A stretch of DNA of 64,000 bases from Paragordius varius (taxonomy: Eukaryota > Animalia > Nematomorpha), in NCBI GenBank assembly GCA_964247055.1, contig OZ176052.1, forward strand, positions 6,820,001-6,884,000. The letters are read 5' to 3'. The position numbers were made by a program, and so were the translations under genes. Positions 57,901-64,000 of this stretch are shown here, piece after piece. Numbering within the stretch: the first letter of the stretch is position 1; each line of letters opens with the position of its first letter. The notes beneath the pieces were generated by a model, which saw only the letters and a list, made by a program, of their open reading frames with translations, was not told where the DNA came from and did no database searches.

Positions 57901-60900
57901 ACAATCAACCATATATTTTCAACAATCAATATGTATTACCCATTAATATTTTAGTCTTTTCAACAATCAACCATATATTTTCAACAATTAAATTATATCA
58001 CCATTAGTATTTTAGTCTTTCCAACAATCAACCATATAATTTCAACAATCAATATGTATTACCCATTAATATTTTAGTCTTTTCAACAATCAACCGTATA
58101 TTTTCAACAATCAAATTATATCACCCATTAATATTTTAGTATTTCCAACAATCAACCATATATTTTCAACAATCAAATTCAATCACCTATTAATATTTTA
58201 GTATTTCCAACAATCAACCAAATATTTTCAACAATTAATATGTATTAACCATTAATATTTTAGTCTTTCCAACAATCAACCATATATTTTTAACAAACAA
58301 ATTATATCACCATTAATATTTTAGTATTTCCAACAATCAACCATATATTTTCAACAATCAAATTCAATCACCTATTAATATTTTAGTATTTCCAACAATC
58401 AACCAAATATTTTCAACAATCAATATGTATTAACCATTAATATTTTAGTCTTTCCAACAACCATATATTTTCAACAATTAAATTATATCACCATTAATAT
58501 TTTAGTCTTTCCAACAATCAACGATATAATTTCAACAATCAATATCTATTACTTATTAATAATTTAGACTTTCCAACAATCAACCATATATTTTCAACAA
58601 TCAAATTCAATCACCTATTAATATTTTAGTATTTCCAACAATCAACCAAATATTTTCAACAATTAATATGTATTAACCATTAATATTTTAGTCTTTCCAA
58701 CAATCAACCATATATTTTTAACAAACAAATTATATCACCATTAATATTTTAGTATTTCCAACAATCAACCATATATTTTCAACAATCAAATTCAATCACC
58801 TATTAATATTTTAGTATTTCCAACAATCAACCAAATATTTTCAACAATCAATATGTATTAACCATTAATATTTTAGTCTTTCCAACAACCATATATTTTC
58901 AACAATTAAATTATATCACCATTAATATTTTAGTCTTTCCAACAATCAAACATATAATTTCAACAATCAATATGTATTACCCATTAATATTTTAGTCTTT
59001 TCAACAATCAACCGTATATTTTCAACAATCAAATTATATCACCCATTAATTTTTTAGTATTTCCAACAATCAACCACATATTTTCAACAATTAAATTATA
59101 TCACCATTAATATTTTAGTCTTTCCAACATTCAACCATATAATTTCAACAATCAATATGTATTACCCATTAATAATTTAGTCTTTTCAACAATCAACCGT
59201 ATATTTTCAACAATTATATTATATCACCCATTAATATTTTAGTATTTCCAACAATCAACCAAATATTTTCAACAATCAATATGTATTAACCATTAATATT
59301 TTAGTCTTTCCAACAATCAACCATATATTTCCAACAAACAAATTATATCACCATTAATATTTTAGTCTTTTCAACAATCAACCGTATATTTTCAACAATC
59401 AAATTATATCATCCATTAATATTTTAGTATTTCCAACAATCAACCAAATATTTTCAACAATCAAATGATATCACCATTAATATTTTAGTCTTTTCAACAA
59501 TCAACCGTATATTTTCAACAATCAAATTATATCACCCATTAATATTTTAGTCTTTCCAACAACCATATATTTTCAACAATTAAATTATATCACCATTATT
59601 ATTTTAGTCTTTCCAACAATCAACGATATATTTTCTACAATCAATATGTATTACCCATTAATATTTTTGTCTTTTCAACAATCAACCATATATTTTCAAC
59701 AATCAAAATGTATTACCCATTAATATTTTATTTCCAACAATCAACCAAATATTTTCAACAATCAATATGTATTACTCATTAATATTTTAGTCTTTCCAAC
59801 AATCAACGATATAATTTCAACAATCAATATCTATTACTTATTAATAATTTAGACTTTCCAACAATCAACCATATATTTTCAACAATTAAATTATATCACC
59901 ATTAATATTTTAGTCTTTCCAACAATCAACCATATATTTTCAACAATCAATATGTATTACCCATTAATATTTTAGTCTTTCCAACAATCAACCATATATT
60001 TTCAACAATATTATGTATTACCCATTAATATTTTAGTTTTTTCAACAATCAACCATATATTTTCAACAATCAAATTACATCACCCATTAATATTTTAGTA
60101 TTTCCAACAATCAACCATATATTTTCAACAATTAAATTATATCACCATTAATATTTTAGTCTTTCCAACAATCAACCATATATTTTCAACAATCAATATG
60201 TATTACCCATTAATATTTTAGTCTTTTCAACAATCAACCATATATTTTCAACAATTAAATTATATCACCATTAGTATTTTAGTCTTTCCAACAATCAACC
60301 ATATAATTTCAACAATCAATATGTATTACCCATTAATATTTTAGTCTTTTCAACAATCAACCGTATATTTTCAACAATCAAATTATATCACCCATTAATA
60401 TTTTAGTATTTCCAACAATCAACCATATAATTTCAACAATCAATATGTATTACCCATTAATATTTTAGTCTTTTCAACAATCAACCATATATATTCAACA
60501 ATCAAATTATATCACCATTAATATTTTAGTATTTCCAACAATCAACCATATATTTTCAACAATCAAATTCAATCACCTATTAATATTTTAGTATTTCCAA
60601 CAATCAACCAAATATTTTCAACAATCAATATGTTTTAACCATTAATATTTTAGTCTTTCCAACAACTATATATTTTCAACAATTAAATTATATCACCATT
60701 AATATTTTAGTCTTTCCAACAATCAACCAAATATTTTCAACAATCAATATGTATTAACCATTAATATTTTAGTCTTTCCAACAATCAACCATATATTTTC
60801 AACAATTAAATTATATCACCATTAGTATTTTAGTCTTTCCAACAATCAACCATATAATTTCAACAATCAATATGTATTACCCATTAATATTTTAGTCTTT

Positions 60901-63900
60901 TCAACAATCAACCGTATATTTTCAACAATCAAATTATATCACCCATTAATATTTTATTATTTCCAACAATCAACCATGTATTTTCAACAATCAAATTCAA
61001 TCACCTATTAATATTTTAGTATTTCCAACAATCAACCAAATATTTTCATCAATCAATATTTATTAACCATTAATATTTTAGCCTTTCCAACAATCAACCA
61101 TATATTTTCAACAAACAAATTATATCACCATTAATATTTTAGTCTTTCCAACAATCAACCATATATTTTCAACAATCAATATGTATTACCCATTAATATT
61201 TTAGTCTTTCCAACAATCAACCATATATTTTCAACAATATTATGTATTACCCATTAATATTTTAGTTTTTTCAACAATCAACCATATATTTTCAACAATC
61301 AAATTATATCACCCATTAATATTTTAGTATTTCCAACAATCAACCATATATTTTCAACAATTAAATTATATCACCATTAATATTTTAGTCTTTCCAACAA
61401 TCAACCATATATTTTCAACAATCAATATGTATTACCCATTAATATTTTAGTCTTTTCAACAATCAACCATATATTTTCAACAATTAAATAATATCACCTA
61501 TTAATATTTTAGTATTTCCAACAATCAACCAAATATTTTCAACAATCAATATGTATTAACCATTAATATTTTAGTCTTTCCAACAATCAACCATATATTT
61601 TCAACAATCAATATGTATTACCCATTAATATTTTAGTCTTTCCAACAATCAACCATATAATTTCAACAATCAATATGTATTACCCATTAATATTTTAGTC
61701 TTTTCAACAATCAACCGTATATTTTCAACAATCAAATTATATCACCCATTAATATTTTAGTATTTCCAACAATCAACCATATATTTTCAACAATCAAATT
61801 CAATCACCTATTAATATTTTAGTATTTCCAACAATCAACCAAATATTTTCAACAATCAATATGTATTAACCATTAATATTTTAGTCTTTCCAACAATCAA
61901 CCATATATTTTTAACAAACAAATTATATCACCATTAATATTTTAGTGTTTCCAACAATCAACCATATATTTTCAACAATCAAATTCAATCACCTATTAAT
62001 ATTTTAGTATTTCCAACAATCAACCAAATATTTTCAACAATCAATATGTATTAACCATTAATATTTTAGTCTTTCCAACAACCATATATTTTCAACAATT
62101 AAATTATATCACCATTAATATTTTAGTCTTTCCAACAATCAACGATATAATTTCAACAATCAATATCTATTACTTATTAATAATTTAGACTTTCCAACAA
62201 TCAACCATATATTTTCAACAATTAAATTATATCACCATTAATATTTTAGCCTTTCCAACAATCAACCATATATTTTCAACAAACAAATTATATCACCATT
62301 AATATTTTAGTGTTTCCAACAATCAACCATATATTTTCAACAATCAAATTCAATCACCTATTAATATTTTAGTATTTCCAACAATCAACCATATAATTTC
62401 AACAATCAATATGTATTACCCATTAATATTTTAGTCTTTTCAACAATCAACCGTATATTTTCAACAATCAAATTATATCACCCATTAATATTTTAGTATT
62501 TCCAACAATCAACCATATATTTTCAACAATCAAATTCAATCACCTATTAATATTTTAGTATTTCCAACAATCAACCAAATATTTTCAACAATCAATATGT
62601 ATTAACCATTAATATTTTAGTCTTTCCAACAATCAACCATATATTTTTAACAAACAAATTATATCACCATTAATATTTTAGTGTTTCCAACAATCAACCA
62701 TATATTTTCAACAATCAAATTCAATCACCTATTAATATTTTAGTATTTCCAACAATCAACCAAATATTTTCAACAATCAATATGTATTAACCATTAATAT
62801 TTTAGTCTTTCCAACAACCATATATTTTCAACAATTAAATTATATCACCATTAATATTTTAGTCTTTCCAACAATCAACGATATAATTTCAACAATCAAT
62901 ATCTATTACTTATTAATAATTTAGACTTTCCAACAATCAACCATATATTTTCAACAATTAAATTATATCACCATTAATATTTTAGTCTTTCCAACAATCA
63001 ACCATATATTTTCAACAATCAATATGTATTACCCATTAATATTTTAGTCTTTCCAACAATCAACCATATATTTTCAACAATATTATGTATTACCCATTAA
63101 TATTTTAGTTTTTTCAACAATCAACCATATATTTTCAACAATCAAATTACATCACCCATTAATATTTTAGTATTTCCAACAATCAACCATATATTTTCAA
63201 CAATTAAATTATATCACCATTAATATTTTAGTCTTTCCAACAATCAACCATATATTTTCAACAATCAATATGTATTACCCATTAATATTTTAGTCTTTTC
63301 AACAATCAACCATATATTTTCAACAATTAAATTATATCACCATTAGTATTTTAGTCTTTCCAACAATCAACCATATAATTTCAACAATCAATATGTATTA
63401 CCCATTAATATTTTAGTCTTTTCAACAATCAACCGTATATTTTCAACAATCAAATTATATCACCCATTAATATTTTAGTATTTCCAACAATCAACCATAT
63501 ATTTTCAACAATCAAATTCAATCACCTATTAATATTTTAGTATTTCCAACAATCAACCAAATATTTTCAACAATCAATATGTATTAACCATTAATATTTT
63601 AGTCTTTTCAACAATCAAACATATATTTTCAACAATCAATATGTATTACTCATTAATATTTTAGTCTTTCCAACAATCAACGATATAATTTCAACAATCA
63701 ATATCTATTACTTATTAATATTTTAGACTTTCCAACAATCAACCAAATATTTTCAACAATCAATATGTATTACCCATTAATATTTTATTTCCAACAATCA
63801 ACCATATATTTTCAACAATTAAATTATATCACCATTAGTATTTTAGTCTTTCCAACAATCAACCATATAATTTCAACAATCAATATGTATTACCCATTAA

Positions 63901-64000
63901 TATTTTAGTCTTTTCAACAATCAACCATATATATTCAACAATCAAATTATATCACCATTAATATTTTAGTATTTCCAACAATCAACCATATATTTTCAAC
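27941..64000. repeat. Satellite domain II: 61-62-bp monomers with higher-order repeats; runs off the window
   Basis: Consensus about CCATTAATATTTTAGTCTTTCCAACAATCAACCATATATTTTCAACAATCAA plus a variable ~10-nt segment (ATTATATCAC, TATGTATTAC, ATTCAATCAC, TATCTATTAC and others). Successive copies shift 1-2 nt per 60-nt line, giving 61-62 bp. No non-satellite interruption seen. Confidence 0.97.

Noticed and set aside
27941-64000. CRISPR-like constant repeat plus variable segment
   Set aside because: The variable slot is only ~10 nt with a few recurring states, not unique spacers. There are no cas genes and the context is eukaryotic.
12181-64000. Telomeric or telomere-replacing repeat
   Set aside because: No canonical telomere motif. 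With unique DNA on the left, a right-end telomere would be G-rich on the + strand, but this array is C-rich.

Overview
Eukaryotic, very AT-rich genomic DNA in two parts. (1) 1-~12,180 is mostly single-copy sequence. It holds several short, orphan-looking protein-coding segments that only make sense when spliced across unusually small GT-AG introns (mostly 20-39 nt). It also holds a 491-bp TTAA-flanked piggyBac-type MITE (10,417-10,907) and a 5'-truncated, frameshifted RTE-clade non-LTR retrotransposon fragment (~11,118-12,170). (2) From ~12,181 to the window end (>51 kb) there is one uninterrupted, strongly C-skewed satellite array. Its first domain is a 142-bp dimer (61+81 bp). At ~27,940 it switches abruptly to 61-62-bp monomers. 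Both domains show nested higher-order duplications from ~0.37 to ~5.6 kb. All ORFs called inside the array are repeat artefacts. No rRNA, tRNA, CRISPR or prokaryotic features are supported. Gene models were parsed by eye and no product could be named. The organism is unknown; tiny introns plus RTE/piggyBac elements suggest a compact-intron eukaryote (inference).
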